Source: an uncultured Acidimicrobiia bacterium (lineage in GTDB: Bacteria > Actinomycetota > Acidimicrobiia > IMCC26256 > PALSA-555). From it: DNA of 64,000 nt. The DNA is taken from contig CAVRGH010000010.1 in NCBI GenBank assembly GCA_963720675.1, positions 1,020,695 to 1,084,694 of the forward strand, in the 5' to 3' direction. Position numbers and translations under genes: made by a program. Below, one piece after another: positions 10,734 to 19,888 of this stretch (its first letter is position 1; each line of letters begins with the position of its first letter). Under the pieces are notes generated by a model that had not been told where the DNA came from, did no database searches, and saw nothing but the letters and a program-made list of their open reading frames with translations.

Positions 10734-11176
10734 AGGCGCAGCGGTCGGGTCGGCGCCGCCACCGCGAGCGGGTCGTCCCGCCACACCTCCGGCTGCACGT
10801 CGATGTAGAGCTCGATCTCGTTGCCATCGGGATCCGCGAGGTACAGCGAGTGGGTCACCGTGTGGTCCGACATCCCGAGCACAGGGACGCCCGCCGCGCG
10901 CAGGTCGTCGACCGCGGCGCGGAGCTCGTCGTCGGTGGTGCCGATCTTCAGGCCGAAGTGGTACAACCCGACCCGTCGACCTGCCGGGATCGCCTGCGCA
11001 TCCTCGCCGACCTCGATGAGCAGCAGCTCGTGGTGCGTGCGTCCGGATCCGAACAGCGCGGCGCCGCCTCCGAACGACCCGATCTCGTGGAACCCGAGCA
11101 CCTCCCGGTAGAACTGCCGGGACCGGTCGAGGTTGCTCACGTAGAGGACGAGATGCCCCAGCTCGTGGACCTTCAT
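10730..11176 (-). CDS. VOC/glyoxalase-family protein (extradiol-dioxygenase-like fold)
   Basis: This is the C-terminal 148 aa of ORF 10730-12064: MKVHELGHLVLYVSNLDRSRQFYREVLGFHE...HHELLLIE...GLYHFGLKI...THSLYLADPDGNEIELY. The ATG at 11176 overlaps the upstream stop (ATGA). Confidence 0.75.
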   Translation of the reverse strand: MKVHELGHLVLYVSNLDRSRQFYREVLGFHEIGSFGGGAALFGSGRTHHELLLIEVGEDAQAIPAGRRVGLYHFGLKIGTTDDELRAAVDDLRAAGVPVLGMSDHTVTHSLYLADPDGNEIELYIDVQPEVWRDDPLAVAAPTRPLRL

Positions 11177-12150
11177 GGCGCCGTCCCCTCGTTGATCGTC
11201 GTCTTCCACGATACGGCGCCCCTGATCATCGGGAGCACCTCCGCCCCGAGCGCGGCGATCTGTTCCCTCGCCTCCGCCGCGCCGACGCCGGGCACGTGCA
11301 CGCGGAGGTTGAGTGCGTCGCAACCGGCGCGCAGGGTCGCGTCCACGAGGTCCCTGGCGACCGCCTCGGGATCTGTCGCGGCGGCAACCTCGTCCTCGCC
11401 CCAGTTCCGCTGGGCCGACGGCGGCGTGTAGCTGCGGTACACGTCGAGCTGGTCGTCGAGCCGACCGCGCGGCGGATCGCCGACCCAGGCGCGTCGGATG
11501 AGGACGCACACGCCCTTCCCGCCGGCCTCCCGGTACGCGTCGGTGAGGGCGCGACACCGCTCGGGCGTCGACATCGAATCGAACAACAGGCCCACACCGA
11601 AGGCCGCCGCGCGTCGCACGGCGGTGAACCCCATCGCCGCACTGATCACCGGTACCGGGTGCGCGACGCACGCGTCGATCGCCGCGTCGCCGGCGAGCCC
11701 CCGGGGCGCGGTGCCGTCGAGCATGCCCGCGACCTCCTCGAGGCCTGCTGCGAAGCGAGCGGCGAGGTCGTGCATGGTGAGGCCCATGACCGCGAAGTCG
11801 GCGGGCAGCGCGCCGGACGCTACGCCGAGACCGACCCGGCCGGGGAACCGCGCCGCGAGCCACGCGACCTCTTCGGCGACGAGTGCGGGCGGACGGAGCG
11901 GAAGGAGGAGCGGCGCCGGGGCGGCCCACCCGCGCGGCATCGCGTCGAGGCAGAAGCCGGCGAGCTGGAGCGGGTTCGGGAGGTAGCCATGGAAGCCGGC
12001 GTGGTGCTCGCTCGTCATGATGCCGTCGAAGCCGTGTTCGGCGCCGAGCGCGGCCTGGCCGCACAGCTGGTCGACGATCTCCGAGGCCGCGAGGTCGTTG
12101 TGCGGGTAGAGGCGGAGCGACACCGAACCCGGAGCGAACACTTCCCCCAT
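11173..12150 (-). CDS. LLM-class (luciferase-like) flavin-dependent oxidoreductase
   Basis: From ATG 12150: MGEVFAPGSVSLRLYPHNDL...GFDGIMTSEHHAGFHGYLPNPLQLAGF...RFPGRVGLGVASGALPADF. The remainder of track ORF 11173-12534 is a 5' over-extension through the palindrome. Confidence 0.7.
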   Translation of the reverse strand: MGEVFAPGSVSLRLYPHNDLAASEIVDQLCGQAALGAEHGFDGIMTSEHHAGFHGYLPNPLQLAGFCLDAMPRGWAAPAPLLLPLRPPALVAEEVAWLAARFPGRVGLGVASGALPADFAVMGLTMHDLAARFAAGLEEVAGMLDGTAPRGLAGDAAIDACVAHPVPVISAAMGFTAVRRAAAFGVGLLFDSMSTPERCRALTDAYREAGGKGVCVLIRRAWVGDPPRGRLDDQLDVYRSYTPPSAQRNWGEDEVAAATDPEAVARDLVDATLRAGCDALNLRVHVPGVGAAEAREQIAALGAEVLPMIRGAVSWKTTINEGTAP

Positions 12151-12179
12151 GCGACCCGTCTCCCCCTTGCCCACCAATG

Positions 12180-12219
12180 ATGCGTCTCTCACCCTCCCAT
12201 AGGAGGGTGAGAGACGCAT
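12180..12219. repeat. perfect inverted repeat, 18-bp arms and 4-nt spacer (ATGCGTCTCTCACCCTCC-CATA-GGAGGGTGAGAGACGCAT), in a divergent promoter
   Basis: Read directly from the sequence. It lies 30 nt from the LLM start (12150, minus strand) and 30 nt from the likely dehydrogenase start (12249, plus strand). Its function is unknown. Confidence 0.9.
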
Positions 12220-12248
12220 GCAGATCGGGAGCCGTGCGCGCGACCGGG

Positions 12249-13340
12249 ATGGGACAGACTGCCGGGGTGAGCGCGGGTGCGACCGGGGTTGATGACGAGC
12301 TCGTCGTCGGAGTGCTGATCCCGCCGGAGTGGCTCGGCGCGGGTTTCGACGCCGCGCTCGCGTCGATCGAGGAGCTCCACCCACGGGTGCGCGTCGTCGC
12401 CGAGACCTACATCGAATCACACGACCTCCGCAGCGCGCGCGGCACGCCCGGTGCCACCGACCTCCGAGCCGACGCGCCCGCGCTCTCGGAAGCCCAGCGC
12501 GCCGCGTTCGCTCAGGTCCAGGTCGTGCTCGCACTCGACCTGCCGTTCGACGTCGCCGAGGTCGCGCCCGAGCTCCGCTGGGTCCAGGCCGTGGGTGCCG
12601 GCACCGCGCAGCTCCAATCCGCCGGCCTCGGTCCGTCCGGCATACGCCTGACGTCGGCCGCGGGTGTCAACGCGGTCGGGATCGCGGAGTTCGTCATCGG
12701 TCGGCTCCTCGAGCACTGGAAGCAGCTGCCCACCTTCGCCGACGCGCAATCGCGTCACGAGTGGGATCCGGCGTACGGACGCCAGCTCGCCGGCAGCACG
12801 CTCGGCCTGATCGGACTCGGCGAGATCAACTCCGCCGTCGCCGCTCGAGCGAAGGCGTTCGGGGTCCGAATCCTCGCCACCCGTCGTTCCGCGCGGCCGG
12901 GTGCGACCGCGCCGAACGTCGACGAACTGTTCAGCCCTGCGGACCTGCAACGGATGCTTCCGGGATGTGACGCCGTCGTGGCCGCCGTACCGGAGACCGC
13001 CGAGACCACCGGGGTGATGAACCGCGAGGCGTTCGACGCGATGCGCGCCGGCTCGTTCTTCTGCAACGTCGGTCGCGGATCCTTCGTCGACGAGGACGCG
13101 CTCATCGAGGCGCTCCGCCGCGGTCACCTCAGTGGCGCCGCGCTGGACGTGGCGAGCGAGGAGCCGCTTCCCGCGGACCACCCCCTCTGGGACGCACCGA
13201 ACCTCCGACTCTCGCCGCACTCGGCGGCATCTCCCGCGGCCATGTTCGTCAACCTGATCCAGCTCTTTCGCGACAACCTCGTCCGCTACCTCGACGGCGC
13301 CGAGCTGCGCAACGAGGTCGATCTGACCCGCGGTTACTGA
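12249..13340 (+). CDS. D-isomer-specific 2-hydroxyacid dehydrogenase family protein
   Basis: NAD-binding motif GSTLGLIGLGEINSAVAARAKAFGVRILA; catalytic region FFCNVGRGSFVDEDAL...AALDVASEEPLP...LSPHSA. The start is uncertain (ATG 12249 preferred; track start 12177 lies inside the palindrome). Confidence 0.8.
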   Translation: MGQTAGVSAGATGVDDELVVGVLIPPEWLGAGFDAALASIEELHPRVRVVAETYIESHDLRSARGTPGATDLRADAPALSEAQRAAFAQVQVVLALDLPFDVAEVAPELRWVQAVGAGTAQLQSAGLGPSGIRLTSAAGVNAVGIAEFVIGRLLEHWKQLPTFADAQSRHEWDPAYGRQLAGSTLGLIGLGEINSAVAARAKAFGVRILATRRSARPGATAPNVDELFSPADLQRMLPGCDAVVAAVPETAETTGVMNREAFDAMRAGSFFCNVGRGSFVDEDALIEALRRGHLSGAALDVASEEPLPADHPLWDAPNLRLSPHSAASPAAMFVNLIQLFRDNLVRYLDGAELRNEVDLTRGY

Positions 13341-13421
13341 GTGGGTGCGCCGGGTATCGTCGTTCCATGACCCGGTGCCGGCTGCGCCTGTCCTGTCTGC
13401 CATGACCCAAGGAGGTACCCG

Positions 13422-13823
13422 ATGTCTCCCGTCGGAACCCTCACCCGTCCGTCCTCGCTCCGCCCTTCCGTCCACCAGGCCCTCGCTGTCGGCCTCGTCG
13501 TGGTGTTCGGCGTCCTCGTGCTGGGAGCCGCGCTCGCGCTCGTTCGCGGGCCGCAGTTCGTCGACCACGTCACGTTCGACAACCGCAGCAACACTGAGGT
13601 GCACATCGTGGCGCTCGACGCAGGCGCCGGCCCCGGGCTCGGTCTCGCGGTCGTCGATCCGGACCGGCGCACCCGCCTCGACGACGTCCTCGACCAGGGC
13701 GACACCTGGCGGTTCCAGCTGTCGAGCGGTCGCACCGAACTGGGCGTGATCACGTTGACGCGCGACGAGCTGGCCAACGCCGGCTGGAACGTCGTCATCC
13801 CGGCATCCCTCGGGCGCGGCTGA
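13422..13823 (+). CDS. hypothetical membrane-anchored protein (single N-terminal TM helix)
   Basis: AAGGAGG lies 7 nt upstream of ATG 13422. The TM helix is ALAVGLVVVFGVLVLGAALALV. I recognise no family. Confidence 0.6.
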   Translation: MSPVGTLTRPSSLRPSVHQALAVGLVVVFGVLVLGAALALVRGPQFVDHVTFDNRSNTEVHIVALDAGAGPGLGLAVVDPDRRTRLDDVLDQGDTWRFQLSSGRTELGVITLTRDELANAGWNVVIPASLGRG

Positions 13824-13840
13824 GCAACCGGCCGCGCAGC

Positions 13841-14242
13841 ATGGCCAATGTGATCGCCGGCCCGTTGGTCGTCGACGGCATGAACGTCATCGGTTCGCGG
13901 CCCGACGGTTGGTGGCGGGACCGGGACGGCGCGGCGAAGCGCCTGCTCGGCCGGCTCCAGGCCCTCGCGAGCTCGACCGGTGCCGACGTCACGCTCGTGC
14001 TCGATGGTCGGGCCCCGGCTGACCTCCCCGAGGGCACGCACGGCGGGGTCGCGGTCGCCTACGCCCTTCGGGCCGGGCGCGATGCCGGCGATGACCGCGT
14101 CGTCGAGCTCATCGCCGCGCTGGCCGAGCCTGCCGCGGCGACGGTGATCACCTCGGACCGCGGGCTCACCGCGCGCGTCCGTGCACTGGGCGCGAGCGTC
14201 GAGGGGGCCGGTTCGCTGCTCGCGCGGCTCGATCGGCTCTGA
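13841..14242 (+). CDS. NYN-domain (YacP-like) predicted ribonuclease/RNA-binding protein
   Basis: PLVVDGMNVIGSRPDGWWRDRDGA...VTLVLDG...AGDDRVVELI...VITSDRGL, the pattern typical of actinobacterial NYN/YacP proteins. Confidence 0.6.
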   Translation: MANVIAGPLVVDGMNVIGSRPDGWWRDRDGAAKRLLGRLQALASSTGADVTLVLDGRAPADLPEGTHGGVAVAYALRAGRDAGDDRVVELIAALAEPAAATVITSDRGLTARVRALGASVEGAGSLLARLDRL

Positions 14243-15294
14243 GCGATCGACGCGCCCGTCGCACCCTCGGCGGTCGCCGACGCTGCGGTCACCCCGTCGT
14301 AGAACCCGACGACCCGGACCCGGTGCGCGCCCCGCGCCCCGCCCGTCCGGGACGGGACCTTCGCGGTGACGAGCGCAAGTCGCTCGTAGCCGACCTCCTG
14401 GTACTTCCCTGGGACGATCAATCCGGTGAACCGCTCACGCGACCGCGGCTGCGTCAGCGCTTCGTCGCCGGGTTTCGGGTGCACGGTCTCGTGGACGCCG
14501 ACCACGAAGAAGCACAGCGCACCCCCGTCGGCGGTGCGGTACGCAACCACGGGGTACGGCGCGGCGTCGAACCCGAAGTCGGCGAGCGCGTCGATCCCCC
14601 GCCGCGCGAGCTCGTTGACGAGTCGATCGACCGCACCAGTCGTGAAGGTGCCCTCGCGGAACACCTTGTCCGGAGCGCGTTCCTCTCCGGCCTCTCGCGC
14701 CCACCGGTCGGCCAGCGCCGATGCGAGCGACTCGGGCGCCGCGACCAGCTCGGAGGCGTGGTCGGCATCGAGCACCACGGCGTCGCCCTCCCGATCGACG
14801 AGCGGCTTCGGGAGCACGGGGCTCGCCGACGCTTGCGCCGCCATCGACACGCGCCACGGGTCGGCCTCGCTCGCCTTGCCGAACACGAGGACCTGACGAA
14901 AGTCGTCGCCGCCCGACGACACCCGCTCGGTCGCGAGGAACTGCAGCGGGTAGGTCGTGAGGTCGGGCACGTAGACGCGGATCTGCTCGGTCTTCGCGCG
15001 TTCGTGCAGCGACCTGTCGCCCCTGCCCCGGACCTCTCGGAAGGTTGCATCGTCGATGAGCTGCAGCGGTCCTCCCTCGACCGCATCCTGACCTTCCACG
15101 TCGAGGGTGTCGTTGTTCCGCTGGTTCGCCACGCTGTACTCGCGCACGATTCTGCGGGCCTCGATGTCGGTCGGGGACGACGCGGTCGTCGGCGCGGTCT
15201 GTGCAGCGGCAATGCTCGTTGCGACGCCGCCGACGAGCACGGCGGCCAGCACCGGGAGCGCGCACGCGACGCACGGGATGCGCCAGCGGCGCAT
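14059..15294 (-). CDS. secreted hypothetical protein (signal peptide); true stop probably at 14289
   Basis: N-terminus MRRWRIPCVACALPVLAAVLVGGVATSIAAAQT. As sequenced, the ORF overlaps the convergent NYN gene by 184 nt. Removing one C of CCCC 14292-14295 gives ...VRVVGFYDG* with TGA at 14289-14291. Confidence 0.6.
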   Translation of the reverse strand: MRRWRIPCVACALPVLAAVLVGGVATSIAAAQTAPTTASSPTDIEARRIVREYSVANQRNNDTLDVEGQDAVEGGPLQLIDDATFREVRGRGDRSLHERAKTEQIRVYVPDLTTYPLQFLATERVSSGGDDFRQVLVFGKASEADPWRVSMAAQASASPVLPKPLVDREGDAVVLDADHASELVAAPESLASALADRWAREAGEERAPDKVFREGTFTTGAVDRLVNELARRGIDALADFGFDAAPYPVVAYRTADGGALCFFVVGVHETVHPKPGDEALTQPRSRERFTGLIVPGKYQEVGYERLALVTAKVPSRTGGARGAHRVRVVGFYDGVTAASATAEGATGASIAQSRSSRASSEPAPSTLAPSARTRAVSPRSEVITVAAAGSASAAMSSTTRSSPASRPARRA

Positions 15295-15329
15295 CAGCCA
15301 TCACTCCGGCGAACGTAGGCTCGCGCGAC

Positions 15330-15791
15330 ATGGCCACGCTCCTGGTTGTCCACCACACCACATCGCCGTCGCTTGCGTCGATGTTCGACGCCGTGCTCGC
15401 GGGCGCGGCCGACGATCAGATCGAAGGTGTGACCGTCGTGCATCGCCCAGCGCTCGGCGCGACCGCGTCGGAGGTCCTCCACGCCGACGGGTACCTGCTC
15501 GGCACTCCGGCGAACTTGGGATACATGTCGGGCGCACTCAAGCACTTCTTCGATCAGATCTACTACCCGTGCCTCGAGGCGACGGTCCGACGACCGTACG
15601 GGATGTACGTGCACGGCAACAGCGACACGACCGGCGCGGTGCGCAGCATCGAAACGGTCGTGACGGGTCTGCAATGGCAGCGCGCCCAGGAACCGGTGAC
15701 GGTCGTGGGCGAGCCGACACGCCGCGACCTCGACGCATGCCGCGAGCTGGGCGCCGCGCTCGCGGCAGGGCTGATGCTCGACGCCGGCTGA
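15330..15791 (+). CDS. flavodoxin-like fold NAD(P)H-dependent oxidoreductase
   Basis: From ATG 15330: MATLLVVHHTTSPSLASMFDAV...ADGYLLGTPANLGYMSGALKHFFDQIY. The track ORF start (15201) is an over-extension. Confidence 0.6.
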   Translation: MATLLVVHHTTSPSLASMFDAVLAGAADDQIEGVTVVHRPALGATASEVLHADGYLLGTPANLGYMSGALKHFFDQIYYPCLEATVRRPYGMYVHGNSDTTGAVRSIETVVTGLQWQRAQEPVTVVGEPTRRDLDACRELGAALAAGLMLDAG

Positions 15792-15799
15792 TCCGTTCG

Positions 15800-16357
15800 T
15801 CACGACGGGACGTCAGCCCGGCGGTGGACCGACACTGCGTACCCACCATCACCCGGGAATGGGTCGCGGTCCCACGTCGACCATCGCTCTGCGAGGTCCA
15901 GACCGGCCGCCGCACAGTCCGCGTCGTAGGCATCGACCTCGTACCCGCGTCCGAGCTGGAACCCGGCCACCAACGATCCGGCGGGAGCGAGGTGGCGCGC
16001 GCACCCCGCGACGAGCGCTCGATGGGTATCGGGTGGCGTGAAGATCGGCACGTTCCCCGCCATGAGCACCACGTCGAAGGTCCGCGCCAGGTCCAGCGTC
16101 GCGACGTCGGCCACCACCCATTCGAGATCGGGGCGCCGCCGACGGGCCGCGGCCACCATCGACTCGTCGAGATCGGCACCGACGACGTCGACGCCGCGAT
16201 TCGCGAGCTCGCGGCCGACTCTTCCCGCACCGCATCCTGCGTCGAGCACCGAGCTCGGCGTGAGCGTCATCACGAAGTCGGCTTCACCGTGGACTGGCGC
16301 TCCCGAAGCCTCGAGCGCATCGAAGCGCTCCTGGTACTGCTCGCCGTCCCACTGCAC
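15800..16357 (-). CDS. class I SAM-dependent methyltransferase
   Basis: Motif I SVLDAGCGAGRVGRELANRGVDVVGADLD and motif II FDVVLMAGNV. This is the C-terminal part of track ORF 15800-17848, whose remainder is antisense to the AKR gene. The start is uncertain (GTG 16357 is the nearest in-frame start). Confidence 0.7.
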   Translation of the reverse strand: MQWDGEQYQERFDALEASGAPVHGEADFVMTLTPSSVLDAGCGAGRVGRELANRGVDVVGADLDESMVAAARRRRPDLEWVVADVATLDLARTFDVVLMAGNVPIFTPPDTHRALVAGCARHLAPAGSLVAGFQLGRGYEVDAYDADCAAAGLDLAERWSTWDRDPFPGDGGYAVSVHRRADVPS

Positions 16358-16399
16358 CGCGCCATCATCGCCGACGCGCGCCCGTGACAGGATGCCGGC

Positions 16400-17410
16400 A
16401 TGCCCGACTCGATGATCACGACCCGCACCCTCGGAAGCTCGAACCTCGTCGTCTCCGCCGAGGGCCTCGGATGCATGGGTATGTCCCAGTCGTACGGGGA
16501 CGCCGACGAAGGTGAGTCGATCGCGACCATCCACCGGGCGCTCGACCGAGGGGTGACCTTCCTCGACACCGCCAACATCTACGGGGTCGGCCACAACGAG
16601 GAGCTGGTCGGCCGCGCCATCGCTGGCCGCCGCGACGAGGTGGTGCTCGCGACGAAGTTCGCGCTCAGCGTGAGCGATCGAGGAGGGCTGGAGATCAACG
16701 GCCATCCGGACTACGTGCGGACGTGCTGCGACGAGAGCCTGCAGCGTCTCGGCGTCGACCACATCGATCTCTACTATCAGCACCGGGTCGACCCACGTGT
16801 CCCGATCGAGGAGACCGTCGGAGCGATGGCCGAGCTCGTCGAGGACGGGAAGGTCCGTCATCTGGGCCTCTCCGAGGCGAGCGCGCGGAGCATCGAGCGC
16901 GCGTGTGCCGAGTATCCGATCACCGCGCTGCAGAGCGAGTGGTCGCTGTGGACGCGCGACCTGGAGGATGAGGTCGTGGACGTCGCCCGTCGCCTCGGCG
17001 TCGGCATCGTCCCGTTCAGCCCGCTCGGCCGCGGCTTCCTGACCGGCGCGATCGCCAGTCCCGACGACTTCGGCCCCGACGACATGCGCCGCAACAACCC
17101 CCGCTTCCAGGACGAGAACTTCACGCACAACCTCGACCTCGTCGCCAAGGTCCGCGCGCTCTCGGACGCAAAGGGGTGCACCCCGGGCCAGGTCGCGCTC
17201 GCCTGGGTGCTCGCGCGGGGCGACGACGTCGTGCCGATCCCCGGCACCAAGCGGCGGACCTACCTGGACGAGAACATCGACGCCGCCGGCGTCGTCCTCA
17301 CGGAGGACGAGCTCGCCCAGCTGGAGGCGATCGCGCCGCGCGACGTCGCCGCCGGCGACCGGTACCCCTGGGCCGGTTACGCCTACGGCGACAGCCCCGA
17401 ACCGGCCTGA
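16400..17410 (+). CDS. aldo/keto reductase
   Basis: An intact 336-aa ORF with [11 protein letters not shown]...[25 protein letters not shown]...ATKF...[11 protein letters not shown]...LGLSEA...PIPGTKR. Confidence 0.85.
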   Translation: MPDSMITTRTLGSSNLVVSAEGLGCMGMSQSYGDADEGESIATIHRALDRGVTFLDTANIYGVGHNEELVGRAIAGRRDEVVLATKFALSVSDRGGLEINGHPDYVRTCCDESLQRLGVDHIDLYYQHRVDPRVPIEETVGAMAELVEDGKVRHLGLSEASARSIERACAEYPITALQSEWSLWTRDLEDEVVDVARRLGVGIVPFSPLGRGFLTGAIASPDDFGPDDMRRNNPRFQDENFTHNLDLVAKVRALSDAKGCTPGQVALAWVLARGDDVVPIPGTKRRTYLDENIDAAGVVLTEDELAQLEAIAPRDVAAGDRYPWAGYAYGDSPEPA

Positions 17411-17480
17411 CCCGGGCCCGTTCCTCGCGCGCCCCGCGCGTGGGATGACGGGGCGGACCCGAGATGGGCAAGATGACCCC

Positions 17481-18230
17481 ATGCCTGCACCGACGCGCTT
17501 CGGTCTCCTCGCCCCGATGGACCATGAGCTGGACCCGCTCGTACGGATGCTGGCGATGGAGCCGGTCGACGGCGCGCCCGACAAGCGCCACCGCGCCGTC
17601 GTCGACGGCATCGAGTTCATTGCCACGACGACCGGCATCGGCATGGCGGCCGCGACCAGGGCGACGCAGCGGATGCTCGACGACATCGGGGTCGACCACG
17701 TCGTCGTGGTCGGCATCGCCGGTGGCGTCGCGGTCGACGCGGAGATCGGGGACGTGATCGTGCCTGCCGTGGTCATCGACGGCCCGAGTGGCCGCGAGCA
17801 CCGGCCCCACGTCCTCGGGAGCCTCGAGCCCGTCGGCCGGCTCATCACGTCCGACGAGCTGCTCGTGGAGCCGGAAGCATTCGCCCACTACGAGGCCGAA
17901 GGGGTCGTCGCGCTCGACATGGAGACGTCAGCGGTCGCCGCGGTGTGCGACGAGCGCTCGGTCGCGTGGTCGGTGTTCCGGTCCCTCAGCGATCGTCCGC
18001 GCGACGGACTGGTCGACGAAGCGATCTTCGAGCTGACCCAGCCCGACGGCAGCGCGGACGTCGATGCCCTCGAGCGCTACCTCGCGTCGGATCCAGCGGC
18101 TGCCGACCGGCTCGCCCGCCTGGCGCGGGACATGGAGGTCGCGACGAATGCGGCCGCCGCCGCCGCGATCGACGCGTGCACGCTGCGGGGCTCCCGACGA
18201 CCGAACCGGTCGGGCGCCGACGAGACCTAG
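17481..18230 (+). CDS. nucleoside phosphorylase superfamily protein (MTA/SAH-nucleosidase-like)
   Basis: FGLLAPMDHEL...VVVVGIAGGV...VVALDMETSAVAAVC. ATG 17481 is preferred over the track start 17445. Confidence 0.6.
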   Translation: MPAPTRFGLLAPMDHELDPLVRMLAMEPVDGAPDKRHRAVVDGIEFIATTTGIGMAAATRATQRMLDDIGVDHVVVVGIAGGVAVDAEIGDVIVPAVVIDGPSGREHRPHVLGSLEPVGRLITSDELLVEPEAFAHYEAEGVVALDMETSAVAAVCDERSVAWSVFRSLSDRPRDGLVDEAIFELTQPDGSADVDALERYLASDPAAADRLARLARDMEVATNAAAAAAIDACTLRGSRRPNRSGADET

Positions 18231-18239
18231 CCTGCGAGG

Positions 18240-19292
18240 GTGGCCGACGCGCGGGACCCCCTGATCGACCGGGTGATCGATCCGGTGATCGAGACGATGG
18301 CGCTGGGCTCCCAGTGGCCGACGATCGACCCGTTCCTCTTCTGCGTCCACCACGACGACGCGTACCCGGCCGGCAACGAGCAGATGGGGCCGGCGGCATC
18401 GCTCGAGGGACGCTCGCTCGGTCAGGACTTCGAAGGCGTCGACGGCTGGCGCATGTACCACGGTGAGGTCGTCCCCGGGTTCCCCCAACACCCGCACCGT
18501 GGGTTCGAGACCGTCACCTACGTCCGACGCGGGCTCATCGACCACTCCGACTCGCTCGGCGCCGCGGCCCGGTTCGGACGCGGCGACGTGCAGTGGCTCA
18601 CCGCGGGTGGTGGCATCGTCCACTCCGAGATGTTCCCGTTGCTCGACCGCGACGCGCCCAATCCTGTCGAGCTGTTCCAGATCTGGTTGAACCTGCCGAG
18701 CGACGACAAGCTCGTCGACCCGCACTTCACGATGTTGTGGGATCAGGACATCCCCCGCCATGTGCACGTCGACGAGGGTGGCCGCACCGTCGAGATCACG
18801 GTGATCGCGGGCGAGCTCGAAGGGCTCGCTCCTCCCGCACCCCCGCCGAGCTCGTGGGCGAGCCGTCCGGAGGCCGACGTCGCGATCTGGCACCTCAGAC
18901 TCGAGCCCGACGCACACTGGTTGCTGCCCCCGGCGCACGGTCCCGACACCGTGCGCACGCTCTATGTGTTCGAGGGCACGTCGTTGCGCGTCGGCGGACA
19001 CGAGCTCGGTGCCGACACCGGTGCCGTCGTGCGCTGCGACACCGCCATCGAGCTCGAGAGCGCGAGCGGCACCGAGGTGCTCGTGCTGCAGGGCCGCCCG
19101 ATCGGTGAGCCCGTAGCGCAGTACGGCCCGTTCGTGATGAACGCCCGCGAGGAGATCCTGCAGGCGATCGAGGACTATCAGCGGACCGGGTTCGGCGGCT
19201 GGGTGTGGCCGGCCGACGGGCCGGTGCACGAGCGCGACGAGGGCCGCTTCGCTCGTCACGCCGACGGTCGGGTCGAGCGCCGACCCGCCTGA
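18240..19292 (+). CDS. pirin family protein
   Basis: Cupin metal motif GFPQHPHRGFETVTYV...GDVQWLTAGGGIVHSEMF, with a second cupin half downstream. Intact, 350 aa. Confidence 0.85.
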   Translation: MADARDPLIDRVIDPVIETMALGSQWPTIDPFLFCVHHDDAYPAGNEQMGPAASLEGRSLGQDFEGVDGWRMYHGEVVPGFPQHPHRGFETVTYVRRGLIDHSDSLGAAARFGRGDVQWLTAGGGIVHSEMFPLLDRDAPNPVELFQIWLNLPSDDKLVDPHFTMLWDQDIPRHVHVDEGGRTVEITVIAGELEGLAPPAPPPSSWASRPEADVAIWHLRLEPDAHWLLPPAHGPDTVRTLYVFEGTSLRVGGHELGADTGAVVRCDTAIELESASGTEVLVLQGRPIGEPVAQYGPFVMNAREEILQAIEDYQRTGFGGWVWPADGPVHERDEGRFARHADGRVERRPA

Positions 19293-19471
19293 GGCAGCCC
19301 GGATCAGGCTCGAGGTGAGGACTCGGGCCACGTCCGCCGGAGCCGATGGTTCGGATCGTCGCCGACGGGGTACGGATCCTGCGACGGACACCACGCGCGC
19401 ACGAACGAGAGGAACCCACCCGTGCCCGAGGACGACGCAGCACCCCGACAGCGCGTGCGAGACTGACGCGC

Positions 19472-19888
19472 ATGGCAGCCGAGGGACTCCACGAGTCGGC
19501 CGACGATCTGCAGCCCGCGACGGTCGAGCGCCACCGAGCGATCCGTTCGATCATGGAGGAGCTCGAGGCGGTCGACTGGTACGACCAGCGCTTCGATGCC
19601 TCGAACGACCCGGAGCTCGCGGCCATCCTCGCCCACAACCGCGACGAGGAGAAGGAGCACGCGGCGATGACGCTCGAGTGGCTGCGCCGCAACGACCCGG
19701 TGCTCGACGAGAACCTCCGCACCTACTTGTTCACGACCGACTCGATCGTCGGTGAGGAGCAAGGCGCCGAGCAGGGCGGTGCAGATGATCCCGACGCACA
19801 CGACTCCCCACCCGCCGATGGCCCCTCGGAGGTTCCGTCGCCCGACGGATCGCTCGGCATCGGCAGTCTCCGGAAGGAAGCATCGTGA
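19472..19888 (+). CDS. encapsulated ferritin (EncFtn, ferritin-like encapsulin cargo) with C-terminal targeting peptide
   Basis: ERHRAIRSIMEELEAVDWYDQRFDASNDPELAAILAHNRDEEKEHAAMTLEWLRRNDPVLDENLRTYLF is almost identical in pattern to characterised EncFtn. An acidic/Pro linker follows, then SLGIGSLRKE at the C-terminus. The stop overlaps the shell gene start (GTGA). Confidence 0.85.
   Translation: MAAEGLHESADDLQPATVERHRAIRSIMEELEAVDWYDQRFDASNDPELAAILAHNRDEEKEHAAMTLEWLRRNDPVLDENLRTYLFTTDSIVGEEQGAEQGGADDPDAHDSPPADGPSEVPSPDGSLGIGSLRKEAS

Noticed and set aside
7260-10784. A 1174-aa ORF on the minus strand covering the whole addA-like gene. Similar long antisense ORFs occur at 5221-7374, 17928-19394, 36031-37383, 57513-59228 and 60858-62057.
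   Set aside because: They are Arg/Gly/Pro-rich, show no motifs, and each exactly shadows a motif-rich gene on the other strand. In ~70% GC DNA, stop codons are rare in antisense frames, so length alone is not evidence of coding.
12183-12216. Paired type IIS sites (CGTCTC / GAGACG) inside the palindrome, considered as a possible cloning scar or engineered junction.
   Set aside because: The second site is simply the reverse complement of the first within a perfect palindrome. No vector-like sequence or composition change flanks it.
12177-12248. N-terminal extension of the dehydrogenase ORF (MMRLSPSHRRVRD...) and the mirror-image extension of the minus-strand ORF (...MRLSPSYGRVRD...).
   Set aside because: Both are translations of the two arms of the same palindrome. 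The mirrored peptides are a geometric artefact, and better starts lie downstream.
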